Notes under the pieces: model-generated
Told to the model about the DNA's origin: nothing
Seen by the model: only the letters and a program-made list of their open reading frames with translations
The model's database searches: none
Made by a program: the position numbers and the translations under genes
Origin: Desulfocapsa sulfexigens DSM 10523
GTDB taxonomy: Bacteria; Desulfobacterota; Desulfobulbia; Desulfobulbales; Desulfocapsaceae
Assembly (NCBI RefSeq): GCF_000341395.1
Contig: NC_020304.1
Coordinates: 2,370,001 to 2,402,000, forward strand
Direction of reading: 5' to 3'
Length of the DNA: 32,000 nucleotides
Shown: piece by piece, positions 25,228 to 32,000 of the stretch
Layout of the letters: every line of letters begins with the position of its first letter
How positions within the stretch are numbered: the stretch's first letter is position 1

Positions 25228-27131
25228 ATGAATGATTCAGCACGGATTCTTCTTGTTGATGATGAACCACGGTTTTGTGAAAGTCTTTCTCAGATTCTTA
25301 GCTTGTCTGGCTATAATGTGACCATTTCGTATACAGGTAAAGAGGCCGTTGAGCTTCTGGAGGGTAATACCTTTGATCTCTTGCTTCTGGACGTAGTGTT
25401 GCCGGATATGCCTGGCTATCAAATAATGGATAGCCTTAAGGATGAGGATTTGGGGACAGCAACAATTATGCTGACCGGGAATGCCACAGTGGAGACGGCA
25501 ATAGAGGCATTGAAAAAAGGAGCTTATGATTACCTGAAAAAACCGCTTGATCATGAGCTCCTTTTTAATACCATTCGTAAGGCAATGAAACATAGCCGTT
25601 TGGAAAAGGAACTGAAGATCAGCGAAGAACGATCTAAAACGCTGGCAGAAGCTTCCTGGGAGGGCATTGCAATTCATTCTAATGGTCGTTTGCTGGATGG
25701 CAATGAACAGTTTTTTGAGATGTTTGGTTATCAGCCTGCAGAGCTTCTTGATAAAGAAATTCCTGAGAAAATCTTATCTGGCACTGTCATTGCTGAGGTG
25801 AGTTTAAGAATTAAAAAAAAATCTTTGGATGTTATAAATCACTGGGCCTTAGAAAAGATGGAACGGAGTTTCCTATTGAAATCAGTAGTCGACGAATAAC
25901 GTACAAGGGAGAAGAAGCTCGTGTTTGTGCTATTCGGGATATAAGTCAAAGAGTAAGGGCTGATCAGGAAAAGCTCGAGCTCCAAAAGCAATTAGCCATT
26001 ACCAGTAAAATGGAAACATTGGGCTTGATGGCCGGGTCAGTTGCTCATGATTTAAATAACATTTTATCCGGGATAGTTACCCTGCCGGAGCTCTTGCTGA
26101 TGCAAATGGGAGATGAACATGAATATCGTGATACTATCCAACTCATACAGGAGGCAGGCAAGGAAGCGGCTTCTGTAGTTTCGGATTTAATAACAGTAGC
26201 CAGAGGAGCTACTGCTGAAAAAGAAGTTTGTAACCTGAATACTGTCGTCGAGAGCTTAATTACAAAAATAAAGAAAAAACAAATGGATCGCCGCCTGGAA
26301 GGTGTTGCTATCAATGTTTGTTGTGAACCTGGACTCCCAAACAGCTATTGCTCAGTGGTTCATATTAATAAAGTCCTGATGAATTTGATTGGTAATGCAG
26401 CAGAGGAGATGGAAGGAAAAGGGACGATTGTTGTCCGTACCAAAAATGTTTTCGTTGAAGAGCCCCGTTTAGGGTATGAGATTATTGAAGCGGGAGAATA
26501 TATTGTTGTCAGCATAACGGATAGTGGCTCCGGTATAAAAGAGGAAGATATAAAGAAAATATTTGAACCCTTTTATTCAAAAAAGGCGATGGGGAGAAGT
26601 GGAACGGGCCTTGGATTGGCAATAGTCTGGAATACTGTACATGATCATGATGGGTTTATTGATTTAACAAGCGATGAAAGTGGTACTACTTTTGATCTTT
26701 ATTTTCCTACAACAAAAGCAGGTGTCAGGAGTGAAAGTTCACAGTTGTCTATCAGTAACTTTAAGGGAAATGGAGAGAGCATTCTTGTGATAGATGATCA
26801 GGAGAAGCAACAGGAAATAGCCAGGAAAATTCTGACTGCTCTTGGATACAAGGCGTACACCGTAGGCAGTGGTGAAGAGGCAATCGCCTATATTAAGCAG
26901 TATCCGGTGGATTTGCTTATCCTTGATATGATAATGAATAAGGGTATTAATGGTCGCAAGACATACGAGGAAATTTTAAAAATTAATCCAAAGCAGAAAG
27001 CCATCATTGCCAGCGGTTTTGCAGAAAACAATGAGGTTAAGCAGACAATTATTCTAGGAGCAAGTCAATTTGTCAGGAAACCCTATGCATTGACTCAGAT
27101 AGGACAGGCAGTGAGGCAGGCGTTGTTGTAA
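25228..27131 (+). pseudogene. Hybrid sensor kinase (REC-PAS-HisKA-HATPase_c-REC) interrupted by a 1-nt frame change in an A9 run. It could be a pseudogene, an assembly error, or a gene expressed by slippage.
   Basis: Frame 1 (25228-25899) gives a REC domain (RILLVDDEP...LLLDVVLPDMPG...YLKKP) and the first half of a PAS domain, ending ...SLRIKKK followed by out-of-frame junk. The frame one nucleotide back is open from 25815 and continues IFGCYKSLGLRKDGTEFPIEISSRRITYKGEEARVCAIRDISQR (a PAS C-terminus). It then gives H-box GSVAHDLNNILSG, N-box NLIGNAAEE, G-box GRSGTGLGLAIVWN and a second REC domain (ILVIDDQ...LLILDMIM). The two frames meet at A9 (25813-25821). Confidence 0.8.
25813..25821 (+). 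repeat. A9 homopolymer at the frameshift site
   Basis: aga att AAA AAA AAA tct read directly. One additional A, or a -1 slip, joins the two reading frames. Confidence 0.95.
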
Positions 27132-27143
27132 AAAAACTAAAAC

Positions 27144-27186
27144 TCACCTTCACTCCCTTTGTCGAAAGGTGACAGGCGGGAGTGAA
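27144..27186. terminator. Hairpin between the convergent hybrid-kinase (+) and S1-domain (-) genes; terminator-like mainly on the minus strand
   Basis: A 9-bp stem (ttcactccc 27149-27157 with gggagtgaa 27178-27186). An alternative stem is tcacctt/aaggtga. On the minus strand it is followed by a T-rich run (ggtgagttttagtttttt). Confidence 0.45.
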
Positions 27187-27205
27187 AAGTGTGCAGTAAC
27201 GTTTG

Positions 27206-28456
27206 TTATTTCGATTTTTCCGCAAGTTTTGCCTGCAGGAGATCACCAAATGTTCCAAGAGTTGACGGTTGTTCTTTGTTGCTTTTCTGGAAACTTTCGA
27301 CCAACTTTTCCTCTGCTTTTTGATCGTCTTCAGGGCCGACATAATCAGAAGGAACAAGGCTGATACGTTTTTCGACGGTATCAATACTTTCTATCTGAAC
27401 TTCAATTTCCTGTCCCTCTTCAAGAACTTCACGTGGATGATTGATGCGTCGTCCTTTGCCAAGCTTGGAAATATGAATCAGTCCATCTATTCCGGGTGCT
27501 AGGGTAACAAAGGCACCAAACTGAGCCAGCCGGGCCACTTTTCCGGTGAGGATCTGTCCACCACTGAGCTTCGCGGCGGCCTGTTCCCATGGGTCTTCCA
27601 GGGTCTCTTTGATGCTGAGAGTGATACGGTTATTGTCCCAGTCCAGTTTTTTTATAACCACACTGACCTTTTGATCCACTGCATAAAAGTCATTGATGTT
27701 CTCAATCCTGCTCCAGCCGATTTCTGAGATAGGCACAAGCCCATCAACGCCACCAATATCAACAAAGGCACCAAAGTCACGAATGGAGGTAATAATCCCG
27801 GTCAGCGTGTCACCCTCTGCAAGTGTCTCCTGTAATGCATCACGGAGTTTTTCCCGCTCCTGTTCAAGAAGGGCACGGGCTGAGACCACAATGTTTCTGC
27901 CATTTTCTTCATAGCTGGTTATGAGAAAGTTCATCCTCTGGTCAATATATTCGGCTGCCGCATCTTCAACACGACGCAGTCCCATTTGGGAGTAGGGACA
28001 AAAGGCGCGGATGGAACCACCAAGAGTGATTTCAAAACCACCCTTAATCTCTTCCTTGACAACACCTTCAACGGGGATGCCGCTGCGGCATGCTTCTCCA
28101 AGGTGTTCCGTGTTTTTTCCGGAGCCTATGCTGATGGTAAAGAGCTGGGCTCCTCCCTTGGTTTGCAAAAAATAGACATCGAGTTTGTCACCAACTGCCG
28201 GGCTACTCTCGCCATCGGTGCTCTGTATCTCCGAAGCATCAAGAATACCCTCACTTTTTCCTCCGCAATCGAGAAAAATGGATTCTCCGCTGATCCCCAC
28301 GATGGTTGCTGTGATCTTCTCACCGGGGTTCAGACGACGGATGGATTTGGATTCACTTTCCTGGAAAAGTTCGGCAAAACTGGCATTCTCTTCTGACATG
28401 TTGATAACCTGTTGGTTGAGTCTTGATTTGGATGTTGCTGGAAAATATTCTGGCAT
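27206..28456 (-). CDS. S1 RNA-binding domain protein (four S1 repeats; short ribosomal protein S1-like)
   Basis: Repeated S1/OB motifs (GEKITATIVGISGESIFLDCGGKSEGIL; GIPVEGVVKEEIKGGFEITLGG-IRAFCP; GDTLTGIITSIRDFGAFVDIGGVDGLVPISE; GQILTGKVARLAQFGAFVTLAPGIDGLIHISK). Neither candidate ATG (28456 or 28399) has a strong SD, and MSEEN at 28399 is equally plausible. Confidence 0.85.
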   Translation of the reverse strand: MPEYFPATSKSRLNQQVINMSEENASFAELFQESESKSIRRLNPGEKITATIVGISGESIFLDCGGKSEGILDASEIQSTDGESSPAVGDKLDVYFLQTKGGAQLFTISIGSGKNTEHLGEACRSGIPVEGVVKEEIKGGFEITLGGSIRAFCPYSQMGLRRVEDAAAEYIDQRMNFLITSYEENGRNIVVSARALLEQEREKLRDALQETLAEGDTLTGIITSIRDFGAFVDIGGVDGLVPISEIGWSRIENINDFYAVDQKVSVVIKKLDWDNNRITLSIKETLEDPWEQAAAKLSGGQILTGKVARLAQFGAFVTLAPGIDGLIHISKLGKGRRINHPREVLEEGQEIEVQIESIDTVEKRISLVPSDYVGPEDDQKAEEKLVESFQKSNKEQPSTLGTFGDLLQAKLAEKSK

Positions 28457-28491
28457 TGTACTTTTTTATCAAAAAGAAGGAAAGAGAGAAA

Positions 28492-30297
28492 TCAGCGCTT
28501 AATGGCAAGCGCCAGAAACTGATTTTCTTCCTGAAAGATCAGTTTCTTGCTGCAGAGATCCTGTAAAAAGCCTCTCAGCGTGTCTTCTTTGATTGTTGGA
28601 AATTCCTGATTGATCTCGTCAAGGCTGCGAATCCTTTGGCAGAAAAGATAAATTTTCCTGGAGGCACCCTGTAATCTGTGCTGCAGTGTGGAACCGTCCA
28701 GCTGTTCCTGACGTATAAGGAGAAAAGTCATGCCATCCCGATAGCTGAGGGGCGGGTGTGCAGTATTACGTTTATCGTGAAATTTCTTCCAGTTGCTGAT
28801 TTTTTTGATAACTTCCTGCCACTGCTTATGTTGACGGCCCCTGTCACCACGGTAACCCTTGATAAGCATGTTGAGATTCCGGAGGATTTCTTTAGGAAAG
28901 AGTTTTTTGTTCTTTGGATGCTGGGTTACTGCAAGAATCCCATAGCTTCCGGGATCTTTTGCAACAGGTGAGCCATGACCGAGAAAAAAAGAGGCAGGGG
29001 CAAGAGGTGCGTAGGGGAGGACAAAATCCAGGTTGTTCAGGGTTTCTTCTACTTCGGTCATGGAGCTGCCAGGGAATTCAACTATCAGATTTCCATCAAG
29101 CTGAATGCCGGCCTCGGCACTCTGGCGCATGGCGGCTATGTTTTCAATGGCAGTGGTTCCCTTTTTCATTCTTTTGAGCAGACTGGTGGAAAGTGATTCG
29201 ATACCCACCTGAATGGTGGTGAGGCCGCCTCTGCGATAGTTGCGAGGGGTGTCTGGATCTGTAATAACACGTACCTCGGCAAAGAAACTGTAATCACACC
29301 TTTCATGGGCCAGGGTGTTGAAAAAACTGTCGGCCTCCTTTGGTGGCAGGGCATTGTCCGTAAAACAGAAATCAAGACATTTATGCCGCGTACTTTGCTG
29401 TCGCACTTCTCTGAGCATGCTGTCTGCCTGTTTCCAGCGGTAGCCGCGCCACTGGAGATTCAGGTTGCAGAATGTACATTTATTCCACCAGCATCCCCTG
29501 GAAAATTCAATGGGGAGAATGGGTACGAATGGCTGAGTGGGAAAGGTATGCGTCATTTCCCGAAAGTAGGGGCCGTAATCCGGTACCGGTAGAGTGTTCA
29601 AATCTGAAATGCCAGGGCAACTGCTGCTGATATGTGCTGCTGTTTTCAGGCTGAAGACCTGGGGTGGTAAGGTGCTTGTGTCTCCTGCAGAATGGAGCGT
29701 ATGACAGAGTTGTGCCAGATTATTCTCGCCCTCACCACTGATAACGAAATCGATCTGGGAAAAACCATGGAGGAGGGATACCCCAATTTCGCCGACACAG
29801 CCGGAGCCACCGAAGACTATAGGCAGGTCTGGACAGCGTTTTTTTATTCTATCCGCCGCTGTGAGTGATGAGATCAGTTGGTTAAAACAGACGGAGAATC
29901 CAATGAGATCATAGGCTGCAAGGTCCAGGCTGTCGAGCCACCGTTCCAGGGCATCGTCGAGGAGCTGTACGTATCTATCGAAATCAAGGTCTTTAAGACC
30001 TTTTTCCCTGCGGCAGCTTTCATAAAAGAGTTGTTCAGCCTGATTCTTCTGTTTAGGAAAAAGCAGGGGGCTGTACAGTGCCTCACCAGCCCAGCTGTTT
30101 TTTGCGAGATAGTGGTAGGTTTCGGTACCAATGGCAGCGGCGGCATTGAGGTAGGGATGGAAAAGGCTTGTTACAATGGAACCGTTTTCTCTGGTGTCGA
30201 GCCAGGATTTGAGTGCGGCAAGCTGGATGGAGGGACGATTAAAAATCGACCAGGGCATAGAGACCAGTCCCAGCCGAAAGGGAGTTGCTTGTTCCAT
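28492..30297 (-). CDS. B12-binding-domain radical SAM enzyme (class B-like) with a non-canonical CX4CX2C motif and a C-terminal extension of about 130 aa
   Basis: N-terminal Rossmann/B12-like region (YDLIGFSVCFNQLISSLTAADRIKKRCPDLPIVFGGSG...DFVISGEGE). Cluster motif FSRGCWWNKCTFCNLN (nt 29467-29493). rSAM core (FCFTDNALP...IQVGIESLS). The C-terminal tail has a winged-helix-like feel (LFCQRIRSLDEINQEFPTIKEDTLRGFLQDLCSKKLIF). Confidence 0.8.
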   Translation of the reverse strand: MEQATPFRLGLVSMPWSIFNRPSIQLAALKSWLDTRENGSIVTSLFHPYLNAAAAIGTETYHYLAKNSWAGEALYSPLLFPKQKNQAEQLFYESCRREKGLKDLDFDRYVQLLDDALERWLDSLDLAAYDLIGFSVCFNQLISSLTAADRIKKRCPDLPIVFGGSGCVGEIGVSLLHGFSQIDFVISGEGENNLAQLCHTLHSAGDTSTLPPQVFSLKTAAHISSSCPGISDLNTLPVPDYGPYFREMTHTFPTQPFVPILPIEFSRGCWWNKCTFCNLNLQWRGYRWKQADSMLREVRQQSTRHKCLDFCFTDNALPPKEADSFFNTLAHERCDYSFFAEVRVITDPDTPRNYRRGGLTTIQVGIESLSTSLLKRMKKGTTAIENIAAMRQSAEAGIQLDGNLIVEFPGSSMTEVEETLNNLDFVLPYAPLAPASFFLGHGSPVAKDPGSYGILAVTQHPKNKKLFPKEILRNLNMLIKGYRGDRGRQHKQWQEVIKKISNWKKFHDKRNTAHPPLSYRDGMTFLLIRQEQLDGSTLQHRLQGASRKIYLFCQRIRSLDEINQEFPTIKEDTLRGFLQDLCSKKLIFQEENQFLALAIKR

Positions 30298-31004
30298 TAT
30301 TGATTGATGATCTCTGTACCTTCCGGTGGATTGAAATGAAAGAGTTGTTCCATAAGCTCGGTATTGTCTCTGTCAAGAGTATTGACCAGAAGATTACTGA
30401 AATTAAGAACAGTCAGCGTGTCGAAATGATCCAGTATTTCTATACGTCGAATAAGGGAATCATCGGTCACCCAGAGATGAATTTCGGCGACCTGAGACTG
30501 TTTTGCTTTGGGAATCAATTTGATGATAGTGGTCTGGTCTTCGGGACTCAGGGTCAGATCGGGGGGGAGGACAGTGAAATCCTCAAGCAGATCACCGGAT
30601 CCTGTGAAAAAAGAATAGGTCAGATCCTGCTGCAGAGCAGAAGCCGGGCTGATGATCATCTGGGCCATGGAGGCAAAATACATTGAAAATGTGACACCGT
30701 CGCTCACCAGCACCTGTTTTTCGGGAGTTGAATAGTTCCAGCGCATTTTACCATTATTCTCACCTGGAGCATTGCTTTTCAAAAAGAAGGCCTGGCCGCT
30801 TCCCTTTTTGGGGCGTCCACTGAGCTGGCCTCTGGTGTCCTGATTGAAGTCAAAAGTAAATGAGTAGATAGTGTCGTAGCGCTTCTGCAGTCGTGAGGCG
30901 ACTTCCTCAGGTGTTTCTGCCGCATTTACCAAAGAGGGCAGGAGCAGGGTGGTGAAAAAGAGAAAGGTAAAAAGAGAGAGTCTGGCTGCCTGGAAAGTTT
31001 TCAT
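30297..31004 (-). CDS. LolA-like outer-membrane lipoprotein carrier protein
   Basis: Signal peptide (LSLFTFLFFTTLLLPSLVNA-AE). LolA-family pattern (VASRLQKRYDTIYSFTFDFNQ...GKMRWNYSTPEKQVLVSDGVTFSMY...IKLIPK...IEILDHFDTLTVLNFSN). Its stop shares one nucleotide with the downstream rSAM start. Confidence 0.7.
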   Translation of the reverse strand: MKTFQAARLSLFTFLFFTTLLLPSLVNAAETPEEVASRLQKRYDTIYSFTFDFNQDTRGQLSGRPKKGSGQAFFLKSNAPGENNGKMRWNYSTPEKQVLVSDGVTFSMYFASMAQMIISPASALQQDLTYSFFTGSGDLLEDFTVLPPDLTLSPEDQTTIIKLIPKAKQSQVAEIHLWVTDDSLIRRIEILDHFDTLTVLNFSNLLVNTLDRDNTELMEQLFHFNPPEGTEIINQ

Positions 31005-31777
31005 GCAATAATTAGCTCCATTGGACGGGAAAATATACGCTCGGCAACTGGTCGGGCTGTTTCTGTACTGTCAGAGACATAGTATCTGTGACTGGCATTT
31101 CCATTCTTCGATATGATATTCGGGTTACTGAGAAGGAATTCTTTTACATAGTGAGCGGTTTCAATGGAAGAGTCAATGAGTTTAACCCGTTTACCGATCC
31201 GTGGTTGAATCAGATTCTTTAGTAGAGGGTAGTGGGTACAGCCAAGTACCAGTGTGTCGATTTGTCTGTTTTTAAACGGGGCAAGATAGCGACGGAGAAT
31301 CATTTTTGTTTCCCGCTTATTCAGCCAGCCTTCTTCAACAAGTGGTACAAGAAGGGGACATATCTCCTGGAAGACTTTACAGTCTGGTTGCCTGGCAAGA
31401 ATTGTTTTTTGGTAGATGTCACTTCTGACTGTGGCCCTGGTGCCGATAACTCCGATTCTGCCGTTTTGACTTGATGAAATAGCACGGTTGGCCGCCGGAG
31501 TGATCACCTCAATGATAGGGACGCTAAATTTTTCCCGAAGGGTTTCCGTGGCCACTGAAGATGCTGAGTTACAGGCAATAATAATTAACTCCGCACCTTT
31601 ATCCAGCAGGAACTCGGTGTTATGGATGGAGTAGTCGATAATGGTTTTCGGGCTTTTGGGGCCGTAGGGGCTCCGTGCAATATCACCGTAATAGACGAGT
31701 GAATAGTCCGGGAGCAGCTGTTCAACGGCGTGAGCTACTGTCATGCCGCCGACACCTGAATCAAAAATACCTATCAT
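31001..31777 (-). CDS. murI: Glutamate racemase
   Basis: IGIFDSGVGGMTV, the catalytic Cys motifs IIACNSAS and LGCTHYPLL, and GVIGTRATV. Its stop overlaps the lolA-like start (ATGA, 31001-31004). Confidence 0.95.
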   Translation of the reverse strand: MIGIFDSGVGGMTVAHAVEQLLPDYSLVYYGDIARSPYGPKSPKTIIDYSIHNTEFLLDKGAELIIIACNSASSVATETLREKFSVPIIEVITPAANRAISSSQNGRIGVIGTRATVRSDIYQKTILARQPDCKVFQEICPLLVPLVEEGWLNKRETKMILRRYLAPFKNRQIDTLVLGCTHYPLLKNLIQPRIGKRVKLIDSSIETAHYVKEFLLSNPNIISKNGNASHRYYVSDSTETARPVAERIFSRPMELIIA

Positions 31778-32000
31778 TGATAATACTGTGGTTGTAAATT
31801 GATGGTTTTGCCGGATGCTGTTGTTTCCTCAGCAACGGTGGTTTCTTTTGCAGCTGCAATTGATTTTGTATAAAAAAACTCTCAGTTTGCATCGATAGTA
31901 AACCGGGAACTACAAAAGTCAAGTGAAGAGAAGGCAGGAGCTGCAGCCTACTTCATAATATCCCGATACTGCGAAACTCTTCCAGGAAATGATAGCGGGA

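Noticed and set aside
1-32000. Looked for tRNA, rRNA, CRISPR arrays, IS or transposon ends, integrases, phage genes, toxin-antitoxin pairs and known defence-system hallmarks
   Set aside because: None seen. There are no T-loop GGTTCGAAT-type motifs in the gaps, no regularly spaced direct repeats, no long terminal inverted repeats and no recombinase-like ORFs. The window reads as core chromosome with signalling genes.

Overview
This is a densely coded 32-kb chromosomal segment of about 30 genes. The gene content suggests a Gram-negative, sulfate-reducer-type deltaproteobacterium, possibly Desulfobulbales-like. That taxon is inference only, drawn from RNase Y together with Pal/LolA/Skp, many sigma54/HDOD/PAS signalling genes and several radical SAM enzymes. 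From left to right the window contains the following. (1) An MltD-like lytic transglycosylase on the minus strand and a NUDIX hydrolase. (2) ZapB-like and ZapA genes followed by an ORF-free gap of about 800 nt that probably carries 6S RNA. (3) rny and tyrS. (4) A minus-strand block of glgP, a small unknown protein, a radical SAM enzyme and a Fur-family regulator. (5) A Pal-like lipoprotein and Skp, a DUF3786/Fe-S protein, heptose-7-phosphate kinase, yicC-remA-gmk and rlmB. (6) A four-gene sensory module behind a sigma54-type promoter: a cytochrome-b-like membrane protein, a secreted protein with a Gly/Asn tail, a histidine kinase and a sigma54 activator. (7) A 590-nt AT-rich gap containing a C6-T-C8 tract. 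(8) An HDOD-GAF histidine kinase and a REC-PAS-HK-REC hybrid kinase whose frame is broken in an A9 run. (9) A minus-strand operon of murI, a lolA-like gene, a B12-type radical SAM gene and an S1-domain gene. I saw no rRNA, tRNA, CRISPR, transposase, integrase, phage gene, or recognisable defence or toxin gene. I cannot point to a clear-cut novel system. The best candidates for follow-up are the sigma54-driven periplasmic sensing module (17.8-22.4 kb), the envelope-linked B12-radical-SAM operon with a CX4CX2C motif (28.5-31.8 kb), the A9 frameshift in the hybrid kinase, and the long non-coding gap after zapA.
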